Shown: piece by piece, positions 19,108-27,065 of the stretch
How positions within the stretch are numbered: position 1 is the stretch's first letter
Layout: each line of letters begins with the position of its first letter
DNA from: Acaryochloris marina MBIC11017
GTDB lineage: Bacteria; Cyanobacteriota; Cyanobacteriia; Thermosynechococcales; Thermosynechococcaceae
NCBI RefSeq assembly: GCF_000018105.1
Contig: NC_009928.1
Span: forward strand, 90,001 to 122,000
Length of the DNA: 32,000 nucleotides
Direction: 5' to 3'
Translations under genes and position numbers: made by a program
The notes under the pieces: model-generated
What the model was told of the DNA's origin: nothing
Database searches by the model: none
What the model saw: the letters and a program-made list of their open reading frames with translations, nothing else

Positions 19108-19641
19108 TTGACTGATCATGCATCGATTAACAAATTTAGTTCCGCCATCTGCGATGCTCAATCGGTCAAAGTGGGCAATCCCCGGTGTCACTCGATTGGG
19201 TTTGATGGTGGAAAAATGGTCAAAGGTCGTAAACGTCATGTGCTCGTTGATACTTTAGGGCTGGTTTTGATGGTGATGGTCACTGCTGCCAATATCTCTG
19301 ACCAACGAGGGGCCAAAATACTGTTTTGGAAAGCTCGACGCCAAGGTGCGAGTTTGTCCCGTCTAGTTCGGATATGGGCCGATGCTGGCTATCAAGGACA
19401 AGCTTTTATGAAGTGGGTAATGGACCGTTTTCAATATGTCTTGGAAGTGATCAAACGCTCAGATAATCTAGCGGGGTTTCAGGTTGTTCCCAAACGATGG
19501 ATTGTAGAACGGACGTTTGGATGGTTGTTGTGGTCTCGACGTCTTAATAAAGATTATGAGCTTTTGACCAGAACAGCTGAAGCGCTCGCATATGTGGCGA
19601 TGATTCGACTCATGGTTCGAAGGCTGGCGCAGGAGTACTAA
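19108..19641 (+). pseudogene. 5'-truncated IS5-family transposase (C-terminal DDE part intact)
   Basis: The product shows DAQSVKVGN..GFDGGKMVKGRKRHVLVDTLGLVL, IWADAGYQG, VVPKRWIVERTFGWL and RRLNKDYE. The N-terminal roughly 100 aa (YPSD..WRMLP region) are absent. Confidence 0.8.
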
Positions 19642-20209
19642 AACTTCTCAAACAGCCTCTTAAACGATACTTGTATTCAACCTTTTTGTCTTGTAGTTAA
19701 GAATACAGTTTTTTGTAATCAAGCATAAATTTAAACTGGCCATAGAAAAATTGTCATTATGGTTTGATAATTAGTTTTTATATAACTAATAAAATTTCGT
19801 AATTAAGATTCCATCATATACTTTGAAACTACAAAAAGTTGAATAAAGGGTAAATTTGGATACATTTTCTTATAGTGAAATTTAGATCTAGTGAAAGGAT
19901 ATATGAATATAAAATCAAACATAGATGGAACATTTCTGTAGGTTTCGATACGTTCTATTGCCTAAACGCTAGCTCCTGAGAAGCTAACCAACAGGAATGA
20001 TTAATTCAGGAAGGAATGTAATATTTGCTTTGTTGATGGGTAACATTACTCTAATTAGGTTCAGATTCCTGAACTGTCAGAAATAAAATAATGTAACCAT
20101 CAGTATCATTTGTAACAGAAATTTCCTTAGAACTAGAGTTTGTTTACTCAAGGCTTGTGTACGAAAACTGATTCAAAATTTAGGTTTTGATTCCATATTT
20201 TGTATTTGA

Positions 20210-20250
20210 ATATACCGAAATAAGAATTGATTATTCTAATTTCGGTATAT
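20210..20250 (+). promoter_or_regulatory. Inverted repeat immediately upstream of the 147-aa orphan gene
   Basis: The arm tataccgaaat (20211-20221) pairs with atttcggtata (20239-20249) across a 17-nt spacer. It ends 36 nt before the ATG at 20286. It could be an operator or an attenuator; its function is unknown. Confidence 0.3.
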
Positions 20251-20285
20251 TTCTAAACTAATTTCTATTATTGGAAAAAATAACC

Positions 20286-20729
20286 ATGAGAACAGAAACT
20301 AATAATCTAGGTAATGTAAGACTTAAAAGTCAAAATAATGATATTTTTAGTGGATTTGATACAATAATCCCAGTTCTAAAAATTGGTGGCTGGTCTACTT
20401 ATGATGTTGGATATGGTCAACAAAAGTATAAACATAAGGGCTTTGACGTAATTTTCAAGGGTTTTAAAACCCAGGCTTTCATGAATATAACTATATGGCC
20501 AGCATCATATGATATTGGCCTTACAGTCTCATATAAGAATAAAGAAAAAACAGTAATACTCTATAGACATACAGATATAGCAGAGCCATCTAGTTTATCC
20601 AATGAAGTAATTATCGATATAGCTAATAAGGTTGGGACTGATTTATTAGAAGAACTAGTAAAGCTAAATCTTACAGAAGACCTAGAAAAAAGGTATCCAT
20701 GGATCCATGATCCAGACTTTATCAAATAG
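20286..20729 (+). CDS. Hypothetical protein (147 aa from the ATG), AT-rich island
   Basis: This is a long open frame in very AT-rich DNA. I recognise no motif in it. Confidence 0.5.
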   Translation: MRTETNNLGNVRLKSQNNDIFSGFDTIIPVLKIGGWSTYDVGYGQQKYKHKGFDVIFKGFKTQAFMNITIWPASYDIGLTVSYKNKEKTVILYRHTDIAEPSSLSNEVIIDIANKVGTDLLEELVKLNLTEDLEKRYPWIHDPDFIK

Positions 20730-20787
20730 TGGAAAAGAGCGATAATCTGTAAAAAATGGCTTTGGCTTTAATGGTTAAGTTTTCTCG

Positions 20788-21498
20788 TTACTTATGGATA
20801 GATGGGTGCGAATATGACAGAGAATTTAATAGTTTATTCTCAAATTTCTGAGCAAGCTTAGATGTAGTCATTGCAGGTATGCTTTCATTTAGGCGTCCAA
20901 CAACTAGCATTGCACCTAATCTATTTCTTCGAAAAGCAACCATTTCTGAAAATAAAGTCATATTCCTTGCCTTCGCCGTCACTGCCATACCAGTGGAAAC
21001 TTGGCCTATTGTTTGAGATAAGGAAGGGACAACTCTTTTTTCAATAACATTTACCGAACCCAAATAATAGTTACTCTTCTTAATCCCCGCGACAAACTTA
21101 TCTAACGCAGCAGGCTGTTCTAACCCCAAGTCAAATATTTGAATAGCATTTTGATTATTCAGAGGGGTAACAAACCCAATTATGAGCGTCCATTTATTCA
21201 AATTCATATAAGTGACTAAATCTGTGATCTGAATCCCATTGCCACCAAAATGATCTTTCATGGTTGAAGATATTGCCCCACGGATAAGTGAATTGATTGG
21301 GGTTGGGACTTTTCGAAACCCTGGAGGTAAATCAGCCAAAGTTAACTTTGGCTGACGAGGACTATCAGCCGTGACTGGAATCGCCACAGCGAATTTGGGA
21401 CTAGTATACTTCAAAAGGTAGGAATCAAATATTCCGATTACGATTCCAACTATTAAACTAGGGAATACTAGATTGATAATTTTAGTAGTTTTAGCCAT
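20788..21498 (-). CDS. Hypothetical membrane-anchored protein
   Basis: The N-terminal hydrophobic helix is IINLVFPSLIVGIVIGIF, and the rest of the protein is soluble. The start is taken as the ATG at 21498. The gene is convergent with 20286-20729. Confidence 0.55.
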   Translation of the reverse strand: MAKTTKIINLVFPSLIVGIVIGIFDSYLLKYTSPKFAVAIPVTADSPRQPKLTLADLPPGFRKVPTPINSLIRGAISSTMKDHFGGNGIQITDLVTYMNLNKWTLIIGFVTPLNNQNAIQIFDLGLEQPAALDKFVAGIKKSNYYLGSVNVIEKRVVPSLSQTIGQVSTGMAVTAKARNMTLFSEMVAFRRNRLGAMLVVGRLNESIPAMTTSKLAQKFENKLLNSLSYSHPSIHK

Positions 21499-21730
21499 TA
21501 ACAATCGTTGTTATTACAGTATTAATGAGTTGAACACTAAAATTGACTATTGAAATAAAGAAACACTCTTAAAAGTAGGATAAAACTTTTAAGCCGATGT
21601 TTGATAATAACTCTATGTAATGTCGTAAATTTTAAAAGTATTCTCCTAAACGATTGGGCGTTGAACAATGCCAAGTCTGATACTGGCTAACGAACCTCTA
21701 ATAAGTACAAAAAATGAAGAATGATTGACT

Positions 21731-22396
21731 TCAAGGTTTGCTGCTAGAGATTTTTGCTTCAATCCAGACATTCAGATCGTAAAACCCACCCCGCTGCTCA
21801 AACTGAAATCCACCGAGTAGCATTCCTAGCCAGATAGGAACAATTGACAGCTGTAGCTCCTGCTTTAGCTCGACCAAAGGCACCATCCCAGATGTCCCCT
21901 GTAAGTACGTTGAGATGGCATGTACCCATGCCAAAACATCCTCTTCTTCCAAGACTTGCAAGACTTCATCAGGTTGCTCAACCCTTAACTCAGTCTCCAG
22001 CTCTCCCAGCAACGATGCCTTGTCCTTGAGCACAACGATCGACTCACACTCCTCTTTGGGTAATGTTCGCCGAGTCACCGGGTCGGGTTCAGCAATTAGA
22101 TCATCGTCTAACACCATGGATTGCCGAACCATCCCTATTTCGTCATCCCAATCAAGGATGGGACCGTCATCGTTGTGGGCATCTCGCCAGTCCCTGAGGA
22201 AGACCTCCGCTCGCCGACTCAAGATTTCCGCCATCTGCAAAAGGGCAGTCCCCGCCGTGGATAACTTCTCCTCTAATGGCAACTGGGCTATCACTAAGTC
22301 CAATCGCTCCTGCAACTGCTGGAGGTCACTCTCCACTGGAACCGCTTCCGCTTGATTCAACTGCTGCCAAAGATCGAGTTCCAGTTGCAATGCCAT
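21731..22396 (-). CDS. Hypothetical acidic protein (221 aa)
   Basis: I trimmed the start to the ATG at 22396 (MALQLELDLWQQL), with GGAGG 9 nt upstream, 13 nt after the stop of the preceding gene. The product is very rich in D, E and L. Confidence 0.6.
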   Translation of the reverse strand: MALQLELDLWQQLNQAEAVPVESDLQQLQERLDLVIAQLPLEEKLSTAGTALLQMAEILSRRAEVFLRDWRDAHNDDGPILDWDDEIGMVRQSMVLDDDLIAEPDPVTRRTLPKEECESIVVLKDKASLLGELETELRVEQPDEVLQVLEEEDVLAWVHAISTYLQGTSGMVPLVELKQELQLSIVPIWLGMLLGGFQFEQRGGFYDLNVWIEAKISSSKP

Positions 22397-22409
22397 CGTG
22401 AACAACCTC

Positions 22410-22889
22410 CTACGGGAACAAAGGGCAGGGACGAATCGGGCATTGACTTGGATCCACTTCGACTTGCGTATCAAACTGATGCAGTACTTTTCCGTCTAAA
22501 TGCTCAGAGAAGCGGTTGAGTATATTCCTGGAGTATTTCGTCACATCAGAGTTAGTCCACCCCAGGGTATGGACAGGCTCAACGATCGCAACCCGCTTTT
22601 GGCCTATCCACAGCTCCGCTGACATGGCATGAAGGGGCGCATCCCTTCTCGCTCGATACATCCGTCGAATAGCCGCAGGTTTGACGGGGACTTCCACCGT
22701 AACTTCAGGAATCAGCTTCCCCGTCTGTAGTTGATATTTCCGTTTCTTATTTCGGTTATAGCGATCGCGGTGTTTATACGAGGAACGTCGCACATGGCAA
22801 CGCTGGCCCACCCAGCACTCCTTTAACTTTGCTTGGTCCACGGGTAGCTTGGAACATCGACGGCATTTTTCTGCGATCGCACGGGCCAT
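22410..22889 (-). CDS. Hypothetical protein with an N-terminal Cys cluster and a basic tract
   Basis: The N-terminus reads CRRCSKLPVDQAKLKECWVGQRCHVRRSSYKHRDRYNRNKKRKY, suggesting a zinc ribbon plus a nucleic-acid-binding tail. The gene starts 4 nt after the hicB stop. Confidence 0.6.
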   Translation of the reverse strand: MARAIAEKCRRCSKLPVDQAKLKECWVGQRCHVRRSSYKHRDRYNRNKKRKYQLQTGKLIPEVTVEVPVKPAAIRRMYRARRDAPLHAMSAELWIGQKRVAIVEPVHTLGWTNSDVTKYSRNILNRFSEHLDGKVLHQFDTQVEVDPSQCPIRPCPLFP

Positions 22890-22893
22890 CGTC

Positions 22894-23115
22894 CTAAACC
22901 ATTTGCATCATTTGAGGGGCAGGCAAAGTCCAGCCTTCCGCTTCGTAGAATTCCATCAAGGATTCTATGGCTTCCTGCCCATGTTTAGCAGCCTCTTCAT
23001 AGGTTTGGCCATCAGTAACGGGCTGCATCACCCGGTCAAATTCTGGTAACGACACTACATAGCATTGATCCTCTTCCGACCACTCGATCACCATTCGATA
23101 CTTAGTCTGAGTCAT
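22894..23115 (-). CDS. hicB: HicB-family antitoxin-like protein
   Basis: The product reads YRMVIEWSEEDQCYVVSLPEFDRVMQPVTDGQTYEEAAKHGQEAIESLMEFYEAEGWTLPAP, a HicB/UPF0150 N-terminal fold pattern. The start at 23115 (MTQTKYRM) overlaps the hicA end by 14 nt. No C-terminal DNA-binding domain is apparent. Confidence 0.7.
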   Translation of the reverse strand: MTQTKYRMVIEWSEEDQCYVVSLPEFDRVMQPVTDGQTYEEAAKHGQEAIESLMEFYEAEGWTLPAPQMMQMV

Positions 23116-23317
23116 TCGATAACGCCTCCAATTGCTGTAGCGCTTTCTGCACTTTGCGTTCCAAATAGAGTGGGGCATCTGCCCCATCTTTGCGGGCAAC
23201 CGTGATCACCTGGGGCAATTGAGGATGCTTCCAGTTACTGTGAGAGTATTTGCCCGGTCGGGAGATAAACCCAGCCTCCTTGAGCATAGCCTTGATCTCA
23301 CGAATCTTCTTAGGCAT
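23102..23317 (-). CDS. hicA: HicA-family mRNA interferase toxin
   Basis: The 71-aa product reads IREIKAMLKEAGFISRPGKYSHSNWKHPQLPQVITVARKDGADAPLY. This matches the HicA pattern K..E....L...GF...R..GSH..W.H. Confidence 0.75.
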   Translation of the reverse strand: MPKKIREIKAMLKEAGFISRPGKYSHSNWKHPQLPQVITVARKDGADAPLYLERKVQKALQQLEALSNDSD

Positions 23318-23370
23318 CCACCTCTCTCTCCAGCGATGATATAGCAGATGACCTCACTCTACCATGCTTA

Positions 23371-23444
23371 TTAGTCAAAGTTTAGTCAAAGTCCAAATAA
23401 TGATTCATTGGGTTATGTGTACGGAAATTGCCATTGACGTACAC
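23371..23444. promoter_or_regulatory. Repeat cluster in the divergent hicA / recombinase promoter region
   Basis: There is a perfect tandem 11-mer, ttagtcaaagt x2 (23371-23392). There is also an inverted repeat, gtgtacg (23417-23423) and cgtacac (23438-23444). Both lie between the two divergent start codons (23317 and 23478). Confidence 0.4.
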
Positions 23445-23477
23445 TAAAATGGACGTGGATTCAGATCGGCGATCGCA

Positions 23478-24524
23478 ATGGAAGCATCAGGGTTAGTTCG
23501 CTTAGAAATCGATGAGTCGGCAGTTGATGTCGATTTGCTTAGAGCAGTCTTGGTGGAGAAAACCAAACCCTCCACGCGGGAAGGGTATACCAAGGATCTG
23601 GTGGACTTCTTTTTATTCGTGACCCAAGGGGAAATGGTCTATGGAGTTGAGGGACCGAAGCGAAAAAGTGAGATAAAGGCGCAGGTGAAGAGGGAATTAT
23701 CTAGGCTGAGTCAATCCTTTGTGGGGATTGGCAGACTGAAGGCTTTAGAATTAGCCGCTCGGTATCGAGAATGCATGATGCAGCGAGGGTTACAAGCGAA
23801 TACTATCAATCGGCGGTTGTCCGCAGTGAAGTCCATGGTGCGGATGGCCCGTCGTTTAGAGATGTGTGATTGGACTTTGACGGAAGTTGATGGTTTAACG
23901 GTGAAACCTTATCGAGATACCAGAGGAATTACAGCCTCTAAATTTCGACTGATGATGGTATTCATCAATCGGTTTTCCCTAGCTGGGGCTCGGGATTTCG
24001 CCATGATGACGCTACTCTGGGAGGCGGGATTGCGACGGTCTGAGCTGGTGGGCTGTGATGTCCGTCATTTTGACTCGGAGCAGAAACGGTTGTCGATTTT
24101 AGGGAAAGGAAGGAACGAAAGGGAGTGGATTGATTTGACGGAAAGTGGGGTACTAGCGATTTCAGAGTGGCTGAAACTACGAGAAGTTTATGCCCTCACG
24201 GAGCCGTTGTTTATCTCGTTGGATCGGGCGAATTGGGGGTCGCGGTTGTCAGGGACATCGGTATATCGAATTGTCCGGGCTCTAGCGAAGAAGGCTGGGG
24301 TGAGCGAGAACTTTGGGCCTCATAAGGTACGCCATAGTGGCACAACGACTTATTTGGAAATGACGGGTGGAGATTTGCGCGGAGCACAAGCTTATTCCCG
24401 ACACGCCAATCTCAATACGCTCAAGTTCTATGATGACAATCGCAAGCAGCTTCAGAAGAAGGCGTCTGCGAAGTTGGCAGAGACGATCTCTTGGAATGAG
24501 GCATCAAGTGAGTCGTCAGATTAA
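23478..24524 (+). CDS. Tyrosine recombinase (phage-integrase/Xer family)
   Basis: The product has an N-terminal SAM-like domain. The catalytic region shows GLRRSEL (Arg), HKVRHS (His-x-x-Arg) and SRHANLNTLKFYDD (His...Tyr). Confidence 0.85.
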   Translation: MEASGLVRLEIDESAVDVDLLRAVLVEKTKPSTREGYTKDLVDFFLFVTQGEMVYGVEGPKRKSEIKAQVKRELSRLSQSFVGIGRLKALELAARYRECMMQRGLQANTINRRLSAVKSMVRMARRLEMCDWTLTEVDGLTVKPYRDTRGITASKFRLMMVFINRFSLAGARDFAMMTLLWEAGLRRSELVGCDVRHFDSEQKRLSILGKGRNEREWIDLTESGVLAISEWLKLREVYALTEPLFISLDRANWGSRLSGTSVYRIVRALAKKAGVSENFGPHKVRHSGTTTYLEMTGGDLRGAQAYSRHANLNTLKFYDDNRKQLQKKASAKLAETISWNEASSESSD

Positions 24525-24730
24525 GGCTGCTGCAACCAGTTCAGTCGTGAAGAGTTAATCACTATCTCCACTTAAATGCGCTGGGATCTATATTTGCCAG
24601 TAGATTTAGAGGATTTTGCCGGTGAAGCGGTAGCGGGTTACTCCCGCTGATTTTAACATGCTGAGTCCTTAGAAAATAATCGCCTGACCTGAAAGCCCTG
24701 CCTAAGCTTGCTTTGAGAAGTAGTCCCTTG

Positions 24731-25432
24731 TTACTCAGATCGGTGATCCTGCAACCAGTTCACTAGATCAGCAGGTTGCTTAAAGTCGGGCAATGCCTCA
24801 CCCAAAGCTTCAATCTGAACTAGGGATAGAGCTCGGATCTGCGATCTCAACTCAGGAGCAACGTCACCAATACGACGGGTGAGTAGGCGAAGAATAAGAG
24901 ATTGCCCCTCTTCCTGACGGCCTTCGTCCAAGGCTTCCTGGTATACCTTAGTTTGCTTGAGTTCGCTTAAGCCCAACATGCTCTCTATCTCTTCTCGGCT
25001 CAATTGTGGAAATTTATAGACCACAATTGTTTCAATTAACTCCATTATCGCCGCAAATCTTGGATTTGTCTGTTCTTGAGGCTGAACCCTTGAAAGCAAA
25101 GCTTGAGCCTGGGTGGCGGTATCTCCTGAATCAGCCACAATCAACTGCATCAGTCCCACGCCAAGAGAGTCAACGGATTCATCCAAGTCTTCCAAGTAAA
25201 CGCGATGCACCTGATAGCTATTCAGATTGGCCCGGTACACATGGGGATAGTCCGTCTCAATACTGCGTTTGGGGTAGATAACAACGGCTTGCCAATCGAT
25301 GGTGTTGGGATGCAGATTCAGATACAGATAAATCTCCGAAAAGAAACGCTGATAGAAAACCGGGTCACGTTGAAACTGAACTTCGACAAACCAGGCAGTC
25401 TGGTCTACAGCCTCCGGGGTGGGCAAGAACAC
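24731..25432 (-). CDS. Rpn/DUF2887-like PD-(D/E)XK nuclease with a DUF4351-like C-terminal domain, possibly N-terminally truncated
   Basis: The product shows FVEVQFQRDPVFYQRFFSEIYLYL and WQAVVIYPKRSIE. The C-terminus reads SREEIESMLGLSELKQTKVYQEALDEGRQEEGQSLILRLLTRRIG. The only start is a GTG, and the conserved (L)DGVF Asp lies upstream of it in the same frame, which has no ATG back to the stop at about 25508. Confidence 0.6.
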   Translation of the reverse strand: MFLPTPEAVDQTAWFVEVQFQRDPVFYQRFFSEIYLYLNLHPNTIDWQAVVIYPKRSIETDYPHVYRANLNSYQVHRVYLEDLDESVDSLGVGLMQLIVADSGDTATQAQALLSRVQPQEQTNPRFAAIMELIETIVVYKFPQLSREEIESMLGLSELKQTKVYQEALDEGRQEEGQSLILRLLTRRIGDVAPELRSQIRALSLVQIEALGEALPDFKQPADLVNWLQDHRSE

Positions 25433-25522
25433 TCCATCAAGGCATGCAATTGAGTTGATGGATATTCTATGGGGAATGGCGATCTGAATTTTGAGCTGAC
25501 TGTCGTAAATTTAATTGAATAG

Positions 25523-25741
25523 TTATTCAATTAAATTGGACTGCATAATCATAGCCTGTAGTTCTTCATATTCCATCCCTTGAGTTGCCATTGCTAGGCC
25601 AGCATGAGCTCTGGCTATTCCTTGTCTTGCCTTTGGACTAAAGTCGTCACCAGCTTCCTCCGCACATTCAATAATTTTTACCGCCAGCGTTAAATTATCA
25701 TTGACGAGTATCAATGCATTGGCTAAATATAGGTTAGACAT
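25523..25741 (-). CDS. Hypothetical small protein (72 aa)
   Basis: This is an ORF only, with no recognisable motif. Confidence 0.35.
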   Translation of the reverse strand: MSNLYLANALILVNDNLTLAVKIIECAEEAGDDFSPKARQGIARAHAGLAMATQGMEYEELQAMIMQSNLIE

Positions 25742-25956
25742 TCGAGCGCCATCTCATTTTTAAGGTCATTAACTTTTAATTTAATAAGGTCTTTCCAAAA
25801 TAAACGGGATATCACTGAGCTATTTTCTTGGTATGAAATTCAATCCAAAATGTTTTTTGAAATCAAAAAATACATCAATATTGGCCTATTTTTTACCATG
25901 CAAAAATTTCGAAAATTAATATTCCTAGGCTATCAATCTAAATATTGAATTGCTAT

Positions 25957-25992
25957 ACTTTATCCGCATGATGATCATCATGCGGATAAAGT
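25957..25992. repeat. Perfect 36-bp palindrome
   Basis: The sequence actttatccgcatgatga|tcatcatgcggataaagt has 18 of 18 complementary positions around the centre at 25974/25975. It lies in an AT-rich 610-bp intergenic region upstream of the ferredoxin gene. Confidence 0.9.
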
Positions 25993-26351
25993 GATAAAAC
26001 TACGAGTTCTAAACAAGCAAGAATCAAAAAGACTGATTTAATTATAACGGCTTTTTCTGGATACTAATTGATGAATTTTTATCTTGCTTGCATGTAGTTT
26101 TTCATTTAAATGCTGTGAATAAATAATCCAATAAGGTTTCTGGTTCATGCCCATGATTCCCTCTCAGATCAAGGTCATTCATCGGCCAACGATGCCTAGA
26201 GTTAATGAATGGAGACCTGAATTGATTTGTCAATTATTGAAGCTTCTTCAATTTTCAGTGTATTCGCTGAGGATGAAATATAAATTTTTGTAAACAATAG
26301 AAAATAACTAAGTATTCATCTGTTTATTGAGCATGGAGATAGACACAAGCA

Positions 26352-26663
26352 ATGGGTTACGACGTCACATTAGTGAATGAAGCAACGGGAGAGGAGAACA
26401 CAATTTTTGTCTCGGAGGATGAATTTATTTATGATGCAGCGGAATTAGAAGGAATTGAACTTCCCGCCTCTTGTCGTTCTGGATCTTGCATTACTTGTGT
26501 GAGCAAGGTTGTTAATGGTGATGTTGAGCATGATCACTCTATCTTGAGTGATGCAGAAGAGGATGCTGGTTTTATGTTGACCTGCTGTGCCTATGCCCGG
26601 TCTAATTGCACGATTCTGGTGAATCAAGAAGATGAGCTGCTAGATTTCAGCACGGTAGCGTAA
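26352..26663 (+). CDS. Plant-type [2Fe-2S] ferredoxin
   Basis: The product shows YDVTLVNE...LPASCRSGSCITCVSKV...GFMLTCCAY. This gives the C-x4-C-x2-C...C ligand pattern, and the product is 103 aa long. Confidence 0.85.
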   Translation: MGYDVTLVNEATGEENTIFVSEDEFIYDAAELEGIELPASCRSGSCITCVSKVVNGDVEHDHSILSDAEEDAGFMLTCCAYARSNCTILVNQEDELLDFSTVA

Positions 26664-26740
26664 ATAATCTATGACTTTTCCCGAAACTTATGTACTGCAT
26701 AGAGAAGGTAACATCTTAATTTGCATGTTCTACAGATTGA

Positions 26741-27013
26741 TTAGCCTTGTTCAAGAACGTCGGGATTAAACTCATACACCTCTTGACAGAACTCAGATAG
26801 GTCTTCTGGTAGAGTGGAAAAATTGATCCCAACCGTCGCGTGGTCCACTTCCACCACTTCAAACTCAAATCTTTGGGACCAGGCTATCAGCCGATCAACG
26901 ATATCCTCCGTTTCGACATCGCAGTTGATGCCGTTGGTGCCCAATTTCCGAATCTTCTTAATGGCTTGAGTCAATTCGCGCAGCAAACCCAGCAGGGATT
27001 TGGGAACATCCAT
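26741..27013 (-). CDS. Hypothetical small protein (90 aa)
   Basis: This is an ORF with an acidic C-terminal half that ends FNPDVLEQG. My recall of any matching domain family is vague and not trusted. Confidence 0.45.
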   Translation of the reverse strand: MDVPKSLLGLLRELTQAIKKIRKLGTNGINCDVETEDIVDRLIAWSQRFEFEVVEVDHATVGINFSTLPEDLSEFCQEVYEFNPDVLEQG

Positions 27014-27065
27014 TCACTCTCTAATCCCATAAAACCACATCCGCACTCAGGTTATTTCGAATAAT

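Noticed and set aside
21844-22355. Plus-strand ORFs 21844..22029 and 21915..22355
   Set aside because: They are antisense to the acidic-protein gene. Their Ser/Thr/Cys-rich composition is typical of the reverse frame of a D/E/L-rich gene.
22761-23476. Three HIP1 octamers (GCGATCGC at 22761, 22873 and 23469), with a fourth at 30584 and none in the AT-rich island
   Set aside because: This is consistent with the compositional mosaic, but four sites are too few for a statistical claim.
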